From Alphaproteobacteria bacterium (GTDB lineage: Bacteria; Pseudomonadota; Alphaproteobacteria; UBA11222), in the NCBI GenBank assembly GCA_038318895.1, contig JBBQCS010000004.1, positions 8,728-72,727 on the forward strand: a stretch of 64,000 bases of DNA. Reading direction: 5' to 3'. A program made the translations under genes and the position numbers. Below the pieces are notes generated by a model that saw only the letters and a list, made by a program, of their open reading frames with translations, searched no databases and had not been told where the DNA came from. Numbering within the stretch: the first letter of the stretch is position 1; every line of letters starts with the position of its first letter. Below, piece after piece: positions 15,027 through 25,951 of this stretch.

Positions 15027-16168
15027 GGCGAACGCCCCACAGATGCACCGCCGATGGCAACCCCCGGGCGTTTGCGCAGCAAGGCCAAAATCATGCCCAC
15101 AGTCACTGACAAAGCCAGCAGGGATGAACCGCCATAACTGATAAAGGGCAGGGTCATGCCTTTGGAGGGCAGCAGGTTCAGGTTGACGGCCATATTAATG
15201 GCCGCCTGCAACCCGAACAGAAAAATCAGCCCGGAAGCCGCAAGCTGTACAAAATGATCTTCCGCTGCAAAGGCGCGCGCCAGACCGCGCAGCACAATAA
15301 AAGCAAACAAACCGACCAGCAGCAGGCAGGCAATCATGCCGAATTCCTCACCAACCACGGCAAAGATATAATCCGTGTGCGCATCTGGCAGAATACGCTT
15401 GACCGTCCCTTCACCCGGCCCACGGCCAAACGGACCACCCTGCATAAATGCATTCATGGCCGTGGTGACCTGAAACGTGTCGCCGGACGACGGATCAAGA
15501 AAACGGTCAATACGGCTGGTGACGTGCGGCACATACATATAGGAAAAAACGCCCCCCACCACGCCAGCGCCCAGAAGCCCCCCAACCAGAAGCATCGGCA
15601 TGCCGGCGACAAAAAACATGGCGCCAATAACGACGGTCAGCAAAAACGCCTGGCCAAAATCCGGCTGCATGGCGAGCATGCCTACCGATATCGCCCATGC
15701 GCTGAGGGCGATCAGATTACCCGGCACCCCAGAGTTACGGTTTTGTTCAGAAAACATCCAGGCCGCAAACACGATCAGGGCGGGTTTCATAAACTCTGAT
15801 GGCTGCAGAGACATACCAGCCAGCGACAGCCAACGCTGTGCACCATTTCGCTCTTCTCCAATGGTCAACGTCAGAACCATCATAGCCAGCGCGCCGATAA
15901 ACAGACCGACCGCCATCCTCTTGACGTTGTTTGGCGACACCATCGACGTGCCTAACAATATGGTCAGCGCCAGGGGCAACATCATCAAATGCTTTTTTAC
16001 AAAGAAATAGCTGTCCACATTGATGCGTTCCGCTACTGGCGGACTGGCGGCCAGTGTAAGCAATGTACCGATGAGGATCAGCGAACCAATAGCGCCCAGG
16101 ATCCAGCGATCCACGGTCCACCACCATTGGCCAAGAATACTCGTATCGGTACGGGTAAAACTGCTCAC
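15023..16168 (-). CDS. ftsW: SEDS peptidoglycan glycosyltransferase FtsW
   Basis: QPSEFMK, QPDFG, PDAHTD, LPFISYGGSS; GTG start overlapping murD stop. Confidence 0.97.
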   Translation of the reverse strand: MSSFTRTDTSILGQWWWTVDRWILGAIGSLILIGTLLTLAASPPVAERINVDSYFFVKKHLMMLPLALTILLGTSMVSPNNVKRMAVGLFIGALAMMVLTLTIGEERNGAQRWLSLAGMSLQPSEFMKPALIVFAAWMFSEQNRNSGVPGNLIALSAWAISVGMLAMQPDFGQAFLLTVVIGAMFFVAGMPMLLVGGLLGAGVVGGVFSYMYVPHVTSRIDRFLDPSSGDTFQVTTAMNAFMQGGPFGRGPGEGTVKRILPDAHTDYIFAVVGEEFGMIACLLLVGLFAFIVLRGLARAFAAEDHFVQLAASGLIFLFGLQAAINMAVNLNLLPSKGMTLPFISYGGSSLLALSVTVGMILALLRKRPGVAIGGASVGRSP

Positions 16169-17580
16169 ACTGTACTCCCGCTCACGCACTTCCCCGCATG
16201 CTCTGACACCAGTTTACGGAACGCCTCGCCGCGCGCTTCAAAATTATCGAACTGATCAAACGAAGCGCAAGCCGGAGACAGCAACACCACCGCACCGCAT
16301 TCCTGCGCCGAATCCCTGACTGACGCCGCAACCGCGTTCGCCAGATCACCGCACTGCTGATACGCCACCCGCCCGTCCAATATTTCGGCAAATGCCATTG
16401 CCGCTTCCCCAATCAGATAGGCTTTACGGACTCGCGGAAAGAACGGCGCCAGCGAATCAATTCCACCTGCTTTAGCAACCCCACCAAGAATCACATAGAC
16501 GCTATCATAGCAAGCCAATGCGCGCGCGGTAGCATCTGCATTTGTGGCTTTTGAATCATTGATGAACCGAACGCCTTTCACATGACCGACTTCTTCCATG
16601 CGATGCGCCAGCCCGGAAAAACTTTCCAGCCCGGCCACTATCTGCCCGCGCGCTATTCCCAAGGCCTGCGCCGCCGCATACGATGCCGCTGCGTTCTGCC
16701 AGTTATGCGCGCCGGGCAGCCGCGTTAGCCGGGTTAAATCGGTCACTTTCTGAGGGTCACCGGACAGCGCATCAAATAAAACTCCATCCTGCACATAGAC
16801 GCCAGGCACAGCCGGGACATGCGCCACTGCGACCGGGTTGACCCGCACGCCGCTGGCCCGCAACGCATCACACACACTCACCCCATGCACGTCATCCATG
16901 CCGACAACCGCTGCGCCATTCTGGGCAAGGCCGTCAAATATCCGCCGTTTCGCTGCGACATACCCGGACAGGCTGCCGTGCCGGTCAATATGGTCCGCAG
17001 TAATATTAAGCCAGACCGCCACGTCCGCGCCTGTCGGGCCGGTCAGATCAAGCTGATAGGACGACATCTCCAGCACATACACGCCGTCGGGATCAAGCAC
17101 GTCCAGATCAAGCGCCGCCGTGCCGATATTGCCACCGACCTGCACCGCGAGCCCGGCTTCGCGCACCAGATGCCCAATCAATGCGGTCGTTGTTGACTTG
17201 CCATTGGTGCCAGTTACCAGCACCAGTCTGGTTGCCGGAAAATTCGCGCGCCGCGCCCGGAAAAACAGCTCCACGTCGCCGATCACGTCACAGCCTGCTG
17301 CGATGGCGGCCCGCACCACGGCATGGGGGGCCGGGAAATGCAGCGGCACCCCGGGGCTCAACACCAACGCGGCAATTTCTGTCCAATCAATAGCCGCAAG
17401 ATCCGCAAACGTCACACCCGATCCCAGCACAGAGCTGGCGTCATCACGGCGCGCCTGCGCATCGTCCCACGCCACGACGTCGCTGCCGCCCTGCAACAAC
17501 GCCCGGGCGGCAGAAATCCCGGTCCGGGCAAGCCCGAAAACGGCGACTTTTTTTCCTGCAAAGGCGGTTGCGGCGATCAT
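16165..17580 (-). CDS. murD: UDP-MurNAc-L-Ala--D-Glu ligase
   Basis: TGTNGKST, EMSSYQL, NDSKATN, SPACASFD. Confidence 0.98.
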   Translation of the reverse strand: MIAATAFAGKKVAVFGLARTGISAARALLQGGSDVVAWDDAQARRDDASSVLGSGVTFADLAAIDWTEIAALVLSPGVPLHFPAPHAVVRAAIAAGCDVIGDVELFFRARRANFPATRLVLVTGTNGKSTTTALIGHLVREAGLAVQVGGNIGTAALDLDVLDPDGVYVLEMSSYQLDLTGPTGADVAVWLNITADHIDRHGSLSGYVAAKRRIFDGLAQNGAAVVGMDDVHGVSVCDALRASGVRVNPVAVAHVPAVPGVYVQDGVLFDALSGDPQKVTDLTRLTRLPGAHNWQNAAASYAAAQALGIARGQIVAGLESFSGLAHRMEEVGHVKGVRFINDSKATNADATARALACYDSVYVILGGVAKAGGIDSLAPFFPRVRKAYLIGEAAMAFAEILDGRVAYQQCGDLANAVAASVRDSAQECGAVVLLSPACASFDQFDNFEARGEAFRKLVSEHAGKCVSGSTV

Positions 17581-17583
17581 GCT

Positions 17584-18672
17584 TTATCTCAGCTTGAGAG
17601 ACGAAAGACCAATCATCGCCAGAACCAGGGCAATGATCCAGAAACGGATGACAATTGTCGATTCCTCCCATCCGCGCTTTTCGAAATGATGATGGATCGG
17701 CGCCATCGCGAAGACGCGCTTTCCAGTCATTTTGAACGACGCGACCTGAACGATCACCGACACGGCCTCAAGCACGAACAATCCGCCGACGATCGCCAGA
17801 ACAATTTCGTGCTTGGTTACAACGGCGATCGCACCCAGCGCCCCGCCCAGCGACAGGGATCCGGTGTCGCCCATCATTACCGTCGCGGGCGGCGCATTGA
17901 ACCATAAAAAACCAAGTCCCGCGCCCACGACAGCGCCAGCGAAAACCGCCAATTCTCCAGCACCCGGCACAGGTAATATCTGCAGATAATTGGCGTAGAC
18001 GGCGTTACCCACCAGATAGGCAATAAATGCAAAACTGGCTGAAGCGATCATCACCGGCATGATGGCAAGCCCGTCAAGGCCATCCGTCAGGTTGACCGCA
18101 TTGGACGCCCCGACAATGACAAACACCGCCATCGGCAGGAACAGCCAGCCCAGGTCAACCAGAACATTCTTCAAGAACGGTATAGCCAGCATATCAGCCT
18201 GTGCAGGAGCCGCATTCGCGCTGATCCACCATACCACTATCGCGGCGATAACGATTTCGCATGCGAGCTTGATCTTGCCGGGCACACCCTTGCTATTGCG
18301 CTTGCTGACTTTCAGATAGTCGTCAGCAAACCCCACCAGTCCAAACCCGATCGTGACCGCCAGCACCGCCCAAACATAATGATTGGACAAATCAGCCCAC
18401 AGCAGGGTGCCTGACATTATGCCAAACAATATCAGAAACCCGCCCATCGTGGGCGTGCCTGCTTTGGTAATGATATGGCTTTGCGGACCATCCTCACGGA
18501 TTGGCTGCCCGCCGGGCTGATTCCGCTTCAACAGGCGGATAATTGCCGGACCAAACAGGAAGCTCAAAAACAGCGCCGTCATCAACGCCCCGCCGGTGCG
18601 GAAAGTCAGATAGCGAAACAGGTTGAAAACACCAATGTCGTCCGCTAACGGAAAAAATAAATTATACAGCAT
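17584..18672 (-). CDS. mraY: Phospho-MurNAc-pentapeptide transferase
   Basis: [33 protein letters not shown]. Confidence 0.98.
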   Translation of the reverse strand: MLYNLFFPLADDIGVFNLFRYLTFRTGGALMTALFLSFLFGPAIIRLLKRNQPGGQPIREDGPQSHIITKAGTPTMGGFLILFGIMSGTLLWADLSNHYVWAVLAVTIGFGLVGFADDYLKVSKRNSKGVPGKIKLACEIVIAAIVVWWISANAAPAQADMLAIPFLKNVLVDLGWLFLPMAVFVIVGASNAVNLTDGLDGLAIMPVMIASASFAFIAYLVGNAVYANYLQILPVPGAGELAVFAGAVVGAGLGFLWFNAPPATVMMGDTGSLSLGGALGAIAVVTKHEIVLAIVGGLFVLEAVSVIVQVASFKMTGKRVFAMAPIHHHFEKRGWEESTIVIRFWIIALVLAMIGLSSLKLR

Positions 18673-18678
18673 CCCTGC

Positions 18679-20142
18679 TTAGCCCCCTTTTGACGGCGCG
18701 TGCGCCGCCTCTTGCTTCTGCTGGTCCGTCCCCGCAAGCGCCAGCAATGCCTTCACAATTTTACCCATACCGCTGCTATAGGATCCTTTCACAACCACGA
18801 CATCACCTGGCCGCAACGCTTCGCGGAGCGGGGCGATCAAGGCATCGGCATCTGCAGCGTGCGCCGCGCGTAACTTGAGCGGTAAAGCGTCGTGCAGAAC
18901 CTGCATTTGCGTGCCAGCGGTAAAAGTCTGTTGAATGCGGCCATCTTCGATCACCTGCGCTAATTCGCTGTGATAGCGCGCGGAATCCTGACCTAGTTCG
19001 GCCATGTCGCCAAGCACGGCGATCCTGCGTCCGCGGCCTTCTGTCATCTGTCCGGATAGATTGAGCAGCGCCGCCTGCATTGAACCCGGATTGGCGTTAT
19101 AGCTTTCGTCAATCAGGGTAAACACTCCATCGGCGACCGGCAGATAATGGCGGCGCCCCCGGCCGGCAAGCGGGTGCATTCCCGCCAACGCAATTGCCGC
19201 CAACGCAAGATCACCACCCAGAACCTGCACAGCCGTCAGCGTTGCAAGACTGTTCATCACCCAATGCGCGCCAGAAAAACCGATCTTGTAGGTCAATGGT
19301 TGACCACAAATTTCCGCATAAACACATGAACAATCGGCATGATGAACCGCCTTGATAAGCCGCGCGGCCGAATCCGCCGCCGATCCAAAACCAAGCACCC
19401 GGGCCGCACCCGCGTCTTTTGCGCGGCGCGACAACAGATCGAAGAAAGCGCTGTCCTGATTAATAATCGCAAGCCCCCCGGGTTCCAGACCAAGGAAAAT
19501 TTCCGATTTGGCCTCGGCAATTTCCGTCAGGGAATTGAAATGACCAACATGCGCAGGCGCGATAGTTGTGACAATGGCTGCGTGGGGCCTGGCGAGTTTC
19601 GTCAGCGGCGTAATTTCCCCGGCGTGGTTCATACCTATCTCGAAAACGCCAAATTCCGTTGCGCGCGGCATACGGGCGAGACTAAGCGGAACCCCCCACA
19701 TATTATTATAGGACGCCTCCGAGGCATGGGTCCGCGCCTGCCGCTCCAGCGCGACGCGCAACATTTCCTTGCTGCCGGTTTTGCCGGCGCTTCCTGTTAT
19801 CGCGACAACCTTCGCCGCTGTGCGGGCGCGCGCCGCCGCGCCCAATGACTCGAGCCCGGTTTGCGTATCGGCTACCAATAACAGTGGCGCATCGGCGGCG
19901 ACCCCTTCCGGCACATGATCCACCATCGCTGCCGCCGCCCCTCTGGCCAATGCGTCCGCGACGAAGTCATGTCCATTATTCGCCGGGCCGCGCAGTGCGA
20001 TAAAGAGATCACCCCCGGCAATGCTGCGGCTATCAATGGAAACACCCGTCGCCTGCCACTCACCAACGCAACGCCCGGAAACCGCCGCAGCCGCAGGTGC
20101 TGCAGTCCAAAGCGATTCCGTTACGCCATCAGCGTTGGCCAT
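18679..20142 (-). CDS. murF: UDP-MurNAc-tripeptide--D-Ala-D-Ala ligase
   Basis: TGSAGKT, EIGMNHAGEI, DESYNANP, VKGS; start uncertain (20142/20148). Confidence 0.96.
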   Translation of the reverse strand: MANADGVTESLWTAAPAAAAVSGRCVGEWQATGVSIDSRSIAGGDLFIALRGPANNGHDFVADALARGAAAAMVDHVPEGVAADAPLLLVADTQTGLESLGAAARARTAAKVVAITGSAGKTGSKEMLRVALERQARTHASEASYNNMWGVPLSLARMPRATEFGVFEIGMNHAGEITPLTKLARPHAAIVTTIAPAHVGHFNSLTEIAEAKSEIFLGLEPGGLAIINQDSAFFDLLSRRAKDAGAARVLGFGSAADSAARLIKAVHHADCSCVYAEICGQPLTYKIGFSGAHWVMNSLATLTAVQVLGGDLALAAIALAGMHPLAGRGRRHYLPVADGVFTLIDESYNANPGSMQAALLNLSGQMTEGRGRRIAVLGDMAELGQDSARYHSELAQVIEDGRIQQTFTAGTQMQVLHDALPLKLRAAHAADADALIAPLREALRPGDVVVVKGSYSSGMGKIVKALLALAGTDQQKQEAAHAPSKGG

Positions 20143-21649
20143 GGCCATTTCCTTCTTGCGCCAATTCATCTATTGCGCGGACGATTTCCAGCCGGTCATC
20201 GAACGGGGTGATGCTTCCTGCAATCTCTTGTCCCGACTCGTGCCCCTTTCCGGCTACAACCAACATATCGTCAGACAAAAGATTCGCCACTGCAAAGCGA
20301 ATGGCGGCCCCACGTTCTGCAACTTCGCTCGCACCCAGACATGCAGTCAGGATCGCAGCGCGTATAACCGCAGGATCCTCCGATCGTGGGTTATCGTCGG
20401 TGACAATCACCTGATCCGCGAGTTCCCGCGCTACCGTGCCCATCAGCGGGCGCTTGCCGCGATCCCTGTCGCCGCCACAACCGAACAACAGATGCAGTCT
20501 GCCCTTGCAAAATGGCCGCACCGCTTCAAGTACCGTTCGCAGCGCTTCCGGCGTGTGGGCATAATCAACCAACACACTGGCGCCGCCCGGCGTTTCTCCA
20601 GCCAATTCGAGACGCCCCGGCACGCCCTCCAGATCCGGCAAAGCGCCGAGCACGTCGTCGGGATCCTCGCCGCAGCCAATTACCAGCGCCGCAGCCACCA
20701 ATACATTCATCGCCTGAAAGCGCCCAATCAGTGGAAGCTCGACTTCCCATTCCCGCGCCCCATAGGCAATCCGCAACCGCTGACCACGCGAATGCGGTTC
20801 CGCGTCAAGAATGCGCAAATCGCCATAACGCCCGCCCACAGAAATAATCCGGTGCCCGCGCGCCCAACTGAGCGCTTCAGCGTCGCTGTAACTCGCATCC
20901 TCTCGATTCAACACCGCAACGCCGCCTGGCGGCAACACTTCACCAAACAGCCGCAATTTTGCATAAGTATAGCTGGCGATGCTGTCGTGATAATCCATAT
21001 GATCGCGGGTTATATTTGTCAGGGCGGCGGCGCCAAGGCGCACCCCGTCCAGGCGGTACTGCGCAAGGCCATGACTGGACGCTTCTATCGCCACGTGGGA
21101 AATACCACTGTCATGCAGACGCCTCAGCGCCGGGCACAGAATTTCCGGTGGCGGCGTCGTATGCACGTATCCAGCGCCTATATTCACATCACCGAGATTT
21201 TTTCCGATAACGCCCAGAGTCCCTATGCTGGCTGCACGTCGCCCAAGGCGCGTCCATATTTGCCGGCAGAAATCAGCAACAGATGTTTTTCCGTTCGTGC
21301 CCGTAACGGCGACAACATTTTCCGGCTGGGCGCCATAATAACGCGCCACAAGCTGCGCATATTTACGGCGCGGGTTATCGTCCGTCAGCAGTTGCGCCTT
21401 ACCGCTGTGCGCATTTCTTCCGCATCTGGCAGCGATATGCGGAGACACCAATAGCGCAACCGCGCCGCGTTCCAGCGCCTCCGCGATATAACTTGCCCCA
21501 TCGTCCCGAACCCCCGGCAGCGCCGCAAACAAAAAACCCGGCCGTACCTCCCGACTGTCTGCCGTCAGCCCCGTAATCTCCACCAACGTATCGGAATTTT
21601 CCGGCATGGTTGAACCGGGTGCTGAACTTATGAGATCGATGAGACGCAT
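20129..21649 (-). CDS. murE: UDP-MurNAc-dipeptide--diaminopimelate ligase
   Basis: TGTNGKT, EASSHGL, DYAHTP, DNPR (DAP specificity), AGKGHE. Confidence 0.98.
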   Translation of the reverse strand: MRLIDLISSAPGSTMPENSDTLVEITGLTADSREVRPGFLFAALPGVRDDGASYIAEALERGAVALLVSPHIAARCGRNAHSGKAQLLTDDNPRRKYAQLVARYYGAQPENVVAVTGTNGKTSVADFCRQIWTRLGRRAASIGTLGVIGKNLGDVNIGAGYVHTTPPPEILCPALRRLHDSGISHVAIEASSHGLAQYRLDGVRLGAAALTNITRDHMDYHDSIASYTYAKLRLFGEVLPPGGVAVLNREDASYSDAEALSWARGHRIISVGGRYGDLRILDAEPHSRGQRLRIAYGAREWEVELPLIGRFQAMNVLVAAALVIGCGEDPDDVLGALPDLEGVPGRLELAGETPGGASVLVDYAHTPEALRTVLEAVRPFCKGRLHLLFGCGGDRDRGKRPLMGTVARELADQVIVTDDNPRSEDPAVIRAAILTACLGASEVAERGAAIRFAVANLLSDDMLVVAGKGHESGQEIAGSITPFDDRLEIVRAIDELAQEGNGHGQR

Positions 21650-21652
21650 GAT

Positions 21653-23377
21653 TTAATTCGCACCTCCAAACGCCGCCAGTTGCGCCCCATCAATGTCTAC
21701 AGGAATCGGCGCAACGCCCAGCATCGGCGCGATACGACGCACCACGGCGCCAGCGGTAGGCGCCGCTGTCCAGCCCGCAGTCGCGAAATTAAATGTCTCC
21801 TTAATGCCTTTAGGCTCATCCAGCATTACGAAAACCAGATAGCGCGGCTGAGACGCCGGAAACATGCCTACAAAGGATGAAATGCGCGCGTTTTTTGTAT
21901 AGCGTCCGCCCCGCTGCTTATCAGCGGTGCCGGTTTTACCCCCCACTTCATAACCGGGAACATCGGCCTGTTTTCCCGTGCCTTCAGGGGACCCGACAAC
22001 CATGCGCATGAGATAACGCATCTGTCTGCTGGTTTTTTCCGACACCACTTGCGGGCCACGCTCTGGCGCGGTGCCCTGTGCTGGACGAACCAGCGTTGGG
22101 CGCACAAGGTGACCGCCATTGACCACAGACGCCACACCGACCCCGAGCTGCAACGGACTGACCGCCATGCCATGGCCAAACGCAATCGTCATTGTGCTGA
22201 CTTCGCGCCAGGGATCTGGCCAGCTCGGATCACCCAGTTCCCGCAGTTCAAATTCCGGCCGCCGCATCAGCCCCAGCTTCTCAAGAAAATTCATCTGTCC
22301 TTGTCCGCCGACATGCAAAGCCATTTTTGCGGAACCTATGTTGGACGAATAAAGGAATATTTCCCGCACAGACAATGGGCGATGCTTGCCATGATAGTCG
22401 CTGATCGAAAACCGGGAAATACGGATTGGATCGGTGGCGTCATACATATCGTCCAGACTGGCGAGTCCCGCATCCAGTGTCATCGCCGTCGTAAACACCT
22501 TGAAGGTTGATCCCATTTCATAAGTGCCGAGCGTCACCCGGTTAAACTGCGCTTCGTCCGTGCTCAGCTGTTTGCCGTTGGGGTCAAAATCCGGCAGCGA
22601 GGCCAACGCCAGCACCTCACCACTGTTTACATCCATAACCAGTCCGGCAGCGCCGATCGCGTGGAACCTGGCGACAGACTTCCTCATTTCGTCGCGCAGC
22701 GCATGCTGCACACGCAGATCAAGCGACAATTGCAACGGCGCCCCGCCCTGATTCAAACGTTCGTCCATCGCGCGCTCGATACCCGACAGACCGCGATTGT
22801 CGACATCCACATAGCCAACCGCATGGGCAGTGAGATTGTCCTGCGGATAAATCCGGCGCTCATCACTGATGAAGCGAAGCCCCGGAATACCAAGCTCAAT
22901 TATCGCTTGTTGCTGACGCGGGCTCAGATCATTGTGCAACACGATATACCGTTTACCGCTGATCAGCTGCCTGCTGGCGCGTTTGCTGTCAAGCGTGGGC
23001 AGCACCTCCGAGAGACGCCGCACGGCAACGGCATGGTCCGGCACTTCCGTCGTGTCGGCCTCCAAAGAGGCCGTTTTGAGATTGGTCGCAACGACAATAC
23101 CATTGCGGTCGACGATATCCGCGCGCTCCACCGGGGCCGCCGCCCGCGCGGAAAGCTGCATCATGGACTGATTTTGCCCGAAGGGCAGAGCCAGATCGAC
23201 GAGCCGCACCCCAATTGCAGAAAATCCAAACAGGAATATGGCGCCCGCCATCATCAGCCTGTTGCGGCCAAGATCAATCGCGCGATTGTTCCGTCCCGAA
23301 AGCCAAGGCTGCCCCTCTGTGCCAACCATATCGCTTGGCACATGCACGCGGTGTTTGCGGCGCGGGGGTGTCTCCAT
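21653..23377 (-). CDS. ftsI: Division transpeptidase PBP3
   Basis: STFK, SSN and KTG PBP motifs, N-terminal TM. Confidence 0.96.
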   Translation of the reverse strand: METPPRRKHRVHVPSDMVGTEGQPWLSGRNNRAIDLGRNRLMMAGAIFLFGFSAIGVRLVDLALPFGQNQSMMQLSARAAAPVERADIVDRNGIVVATNLKTASLEADTTEVPDHAVAVRRLSEVLPTLDSKRASRQLISGKRYIVLHNDLSPRQQQAIIELGIPGLRFISDERRIYPQDNLTAHAVGYVDVDNRGLSGIERAMDERLNQGGAPLQLSLDLRVQHALRDEMRKSVARFHAIGAAGLVMDVNSGEVLALASLPDFDPNGKQLSTDEAQFNRVTLGTYEMGSTFKVFTTAMTLDAGLASLDDMYDATDPIRISRFSISDYHGKHRPLSVREIFLYSSNIGSAKMALHVGGQGQMNFLEKLGLMRRPEFELRELGDPSWPDPWREVSTMTIAFGHGMAVSPLQLGVGVASVVNGGHLVRPTLVRPAQGTAPERGPQVVSEKTSRQMRYLMRMVVGSPEGTGKQADVPGYEVGGKTGTADKQRGGRYTKNARISSFVGMFPASQPRYLVFVMLDEPKGIKETFNFATAGWTAAPTAGAVVRRIAPMLGVAPIPVDIDGAQLAAFGGAN

Positions 23378-23772
23378 CAGCGAATTGCCACCATTGACGC
23401 GACCGGTGTTGCAGCAAAAGTTTTATGCTGTGGCTTTACAGCCCCGCCAGAGGGCGCCCCCGCCAACAGGTCGCCAAGTCCGTTCGCCGGGTCCGATGGC
23501 TTTGCCGGGATCGCGGCAAAGTTCACCACTTGCATGACTTCGACCGGCGCGAGCTCAAGATGGCGGTCGCTTAAACTCTGTAATCTGTCGGGCCGGTTGA
23601 GGCTGCTCCATTCGGCCTCCAGAATCTGGATCGCTTCGCGTTCATCAGCGATTTTCGCCTTCAGGCTTAACCCCTGGCGCTCCATGCGGTCGACGGAATA
23701 TTTTACGTGGTACAAGCCCGCGGAAACGCCAAACAGCAAAACAAACACAAACAAAGTCACGAATCGGAGCAT
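23377..23772 (-). CDS. ftsL: Cell division protein FtsL
   Basis: TM plus coiled coil, LEAEWSSLNRPDRL; located between rsmH and ftsI. Confidence 0.88.
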   Translation of the reverse strand: MLRFVTLFVFVLLFGVSAGLYHVKYSVDRMERQGLSLKAKIADEREAIQILEAEWSSLNRPDRLQSLSDRHLELAPVEVMQVVNFAAIPAKPSDPANGLGDLLAGAPSGGAVKPQHKTFAATPVASMVAIR

Positions 23773-24822
23773 CTAGTTCCCCCCCAAAGCATCTGCAATA
23801 GATGCAGGCATTCCTGCGAACATTGCCATCTCACTGACCGGCCAAACGCTGGCAGCGGTGCGTTCCGCCGCCCGTAAATGCGCCGAACGCGCACGTGGAT
23901 TGGCGCTGATTTCGACAGCGTCTGGTTTGTGCGTGCCGTTCCACAACAATTTGAAGCTGGGGGCGGGCTGCACCGAATCATCCGGCGGCTGATAACGAGA
24001 AATACCGCTCCGCAGACCCGAGCGCGACCCTAAAAACTGTTTCACAATCCGATCTTCCAGACTGTGGAATGAAACTACCGCCAGCCTTCCCGAGGGTTTC
24101 AAAATTTGCTCCGCCGCATTCAGACCACGGGCAAGTTCGTGCAGTTCGTCATTTACATAAATGCGCAGCGCCTGAAAGGTCCGCGTTGCAGGATGTTTGC
24201 CGCTGGCCGCAGCACGCCCGCCCAGCGCGCCCGCGACAATCCGGGCCAATTGCAGGGTGCCGGTTACCGGGACCTCGTCTCTTGCCGCAATGATCGCTTT
24301 TGCTATCGCGCGTGAGCGGCGCTCCTCACCATAATAGTAAAAGATTGCCGCCAGCTCCTCTGCTGACAGATTATTCACCGCATCCGCAGCAGACGGCCCG
24401 TCACCGCCCATTCGCATATCCAGCGGCCCGTCTTTCTGGAAAGAAAAGCCGCGCGCTGGCTGGTCGATCTGCATGGATGAAACGCCAAGATCAAATGTGA
24501 CGCCGTCCGCCGCGACAAAGCCTGCTTGTGGCAACATTTCGGCCATATCGCCAAAGCATGCGCGTATCAGATGCAGCCGATCGGGAAACTCCAGCGCCAG
24601 AGCTTGCGCCAGGGGGGCTACCGCCGGGTCACGGTCCATCGCCACCACAGTGCAATCAGCCGCCTGCAATAGCAGCCGACTATACCCACCCGCGCCAAAT
24701 GTACCATCCACGTAAACACCGCCATCGTGCGCGGCCAGCGCTTCGACCACCTGGGGCCCCATTACGGATACATGCGGCCCATCATTGTCTCGCACAGCCC
24801 GGTGTTTACGCTGTCTAGTCAT
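23773..24822 (-). CDS. rsmH: 16S rRNA m4C1402 methyltransferase
   Basis: DGTFGAGGY, DLGVSSMQ, TFQALRI, FHSLEDR, NPRARSA; start approximate. Confidence 0.97.
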   Translation of the reverse strand: MTRQRKHRAVRDNDGPHVSVMGPQVVEALAAHDGGVYVDGTFGAGGYSRLLLQAADCTVVAMDRDPAVAPLAQALALEFPDRLHLIRACFGDMAEMLPQAGFVAADGVTFDLGVSSMQIDQPARGFSFQKDGPLDMRMGGDGPSAADAVNNLSAEELAAIFYYYGEERRSRAIAKAIIAARDEVPVTGTLQLARIVAGALGGRAAASGKHPATRTFQALRIYVNDELHELARGLNAAEQILKPSGRLAVVSFHSLEDRIVKQFLGSRSGLRSGISRYQPPDDSVQPAPSFKLLWNGTHKPDAVEISANPRARSAHLRAAERTAASVWPVSEMAMFAGMPASIADALGGN

Positions 24823-25327
24823 GGCCGCCATCCGAATGCATGTTTGTGGCGCCAACAAGGCTGGGGTCTGATATTGGCGCGGCCCGGGTGGCCCAGTCAG
24901 AGCGCTCCGCCATGGCCCGCTCGCGCAATTTTATTTTTTCCGCCTCGAACAATACGGGCGACCACAGGCTGAAATAGCTCCCCTGCCCGACAAAGGCGAT
25001 GTCCTCGTCGATCCGTGCATGGGCTAGGAATTCCGGCGGCAGAACGATACGTCCGTCGCTGTCCGGGATCATTTCGGCCGCCTGGGAACATATCAGTGTG
25101 GGATAGGCCTCAACCTCTCCGCCAAACGCGCCGAGTGGATTCTGCTTACCCATAAAGGCCTGCATCTGCTTTGAGGTGGCCGCCTGCAGCCATGGGCCCA
25201 GCAGGGAAGGAAAGCACACGAACGACGTCATCTCTTTTGACATGAGATAGGCGCGATACTGCGAGGGGACGGAGACCCGCCCCTTTTTGTCTACCCGATG
25301 TAACGAATAAGACAGAAACCCATTCAT
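24815..25327 (-). CDS. mraZ: dcw transcriptional repressor MraZ
   Basis: Two SpoVT/AbrB repeats DKKGRVSVP and DSDGRIVLP; first gene of dcw. Confidence 0.93.
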   Translation of the reverse strand: MNGFLSYSLHRVDKKGRVSVPSQYRAYLMSKEMTSFVCFPSLLGPWLQAATSKQMQAFMGKQNPLGAFGGEVEAYPTLICSQAAEMIPDSDGRIVLPPEFLAHARIDEDIAFVGQGSYFSLWSPVLFEAEKIKLRERAMAERSDWATRAAPISDPSLVGATNMHSDGGHD

Positions 25328-25470
25328 GCCGCCGGAACCTCTCAGTGGCGTTAGCCAAATCAAAGTGTGCAGAAGGGTTATTTTTGTGGGGTCAACTCAA
25401 TTCACAGCTGCAAGAAAGTCAAAATACATGACCTCTTACTCCGCACACAATTCACCTCTACACGCCTCAA

Positions 25471-25516
25471 AAGGGTGTGTATGGGTATATCTGGATTCCA
25501 TATGGAGTTCAATGGA
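25471..25516. promoter_or_regulatory. Putative MraZ operator (phased TGG-containing repeats)
   Basis: aagggt/atgggt/ctggat/atggag/atggat at 10-11 bp spacing upstream of mraZ. Confidence 0.4.
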
Positions 25517-25951
25517 TAAATGACGGAAAAATTTCCAATTTTCAGCTTTTTTCTTTTACCTGCCTGCGTGTTCTACTTATGTACCACTTCTCCTGCCAGC
25601 GCTTAACGTCCCGGCCAAGGACATGGCATGATATATGAATCCCAGAATAATAGTATTAGTTTATGGCCCGACACATCCGCCGGGACTTCACGTGCCACAG
25701 ACAGAACACGAAGTACCCGGTCAGGCAATGACGACCGTCGAAAATATTTAGAGAAAAATATAGTCCGAATATATATTGTATACTTATTTTTAACGGAAAA
25801 ACCGATAGCTCAATAATAACTCTATTATTTAATAGTGTATAATTTCACGTTAACTAAATATATACCATAAATTATAACATAAACGCCATGGCCGTGTAAC
25901 ATTCCTATGCTTTAGTACATTCCAGCGTCCTTAGAGGCGGCGCAGATAGCG

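Noticed and set aside
20021-21454. 477-aa ORF on the + strand
   Set aside because: Antisense shadow of murE, typical of GC-rich codon bias; no recognisable motifs.
25608-25686. 8-bp inverted repeat gtcccggc/gccgggac
   Set aside because: Short and GC-rich, with no further supporting structure.
25740-25885. AT-rich tract as a replication origin
   Set aside because: No clear DnaA boxes or full CtrA sites seen; better explained as a promoter region.
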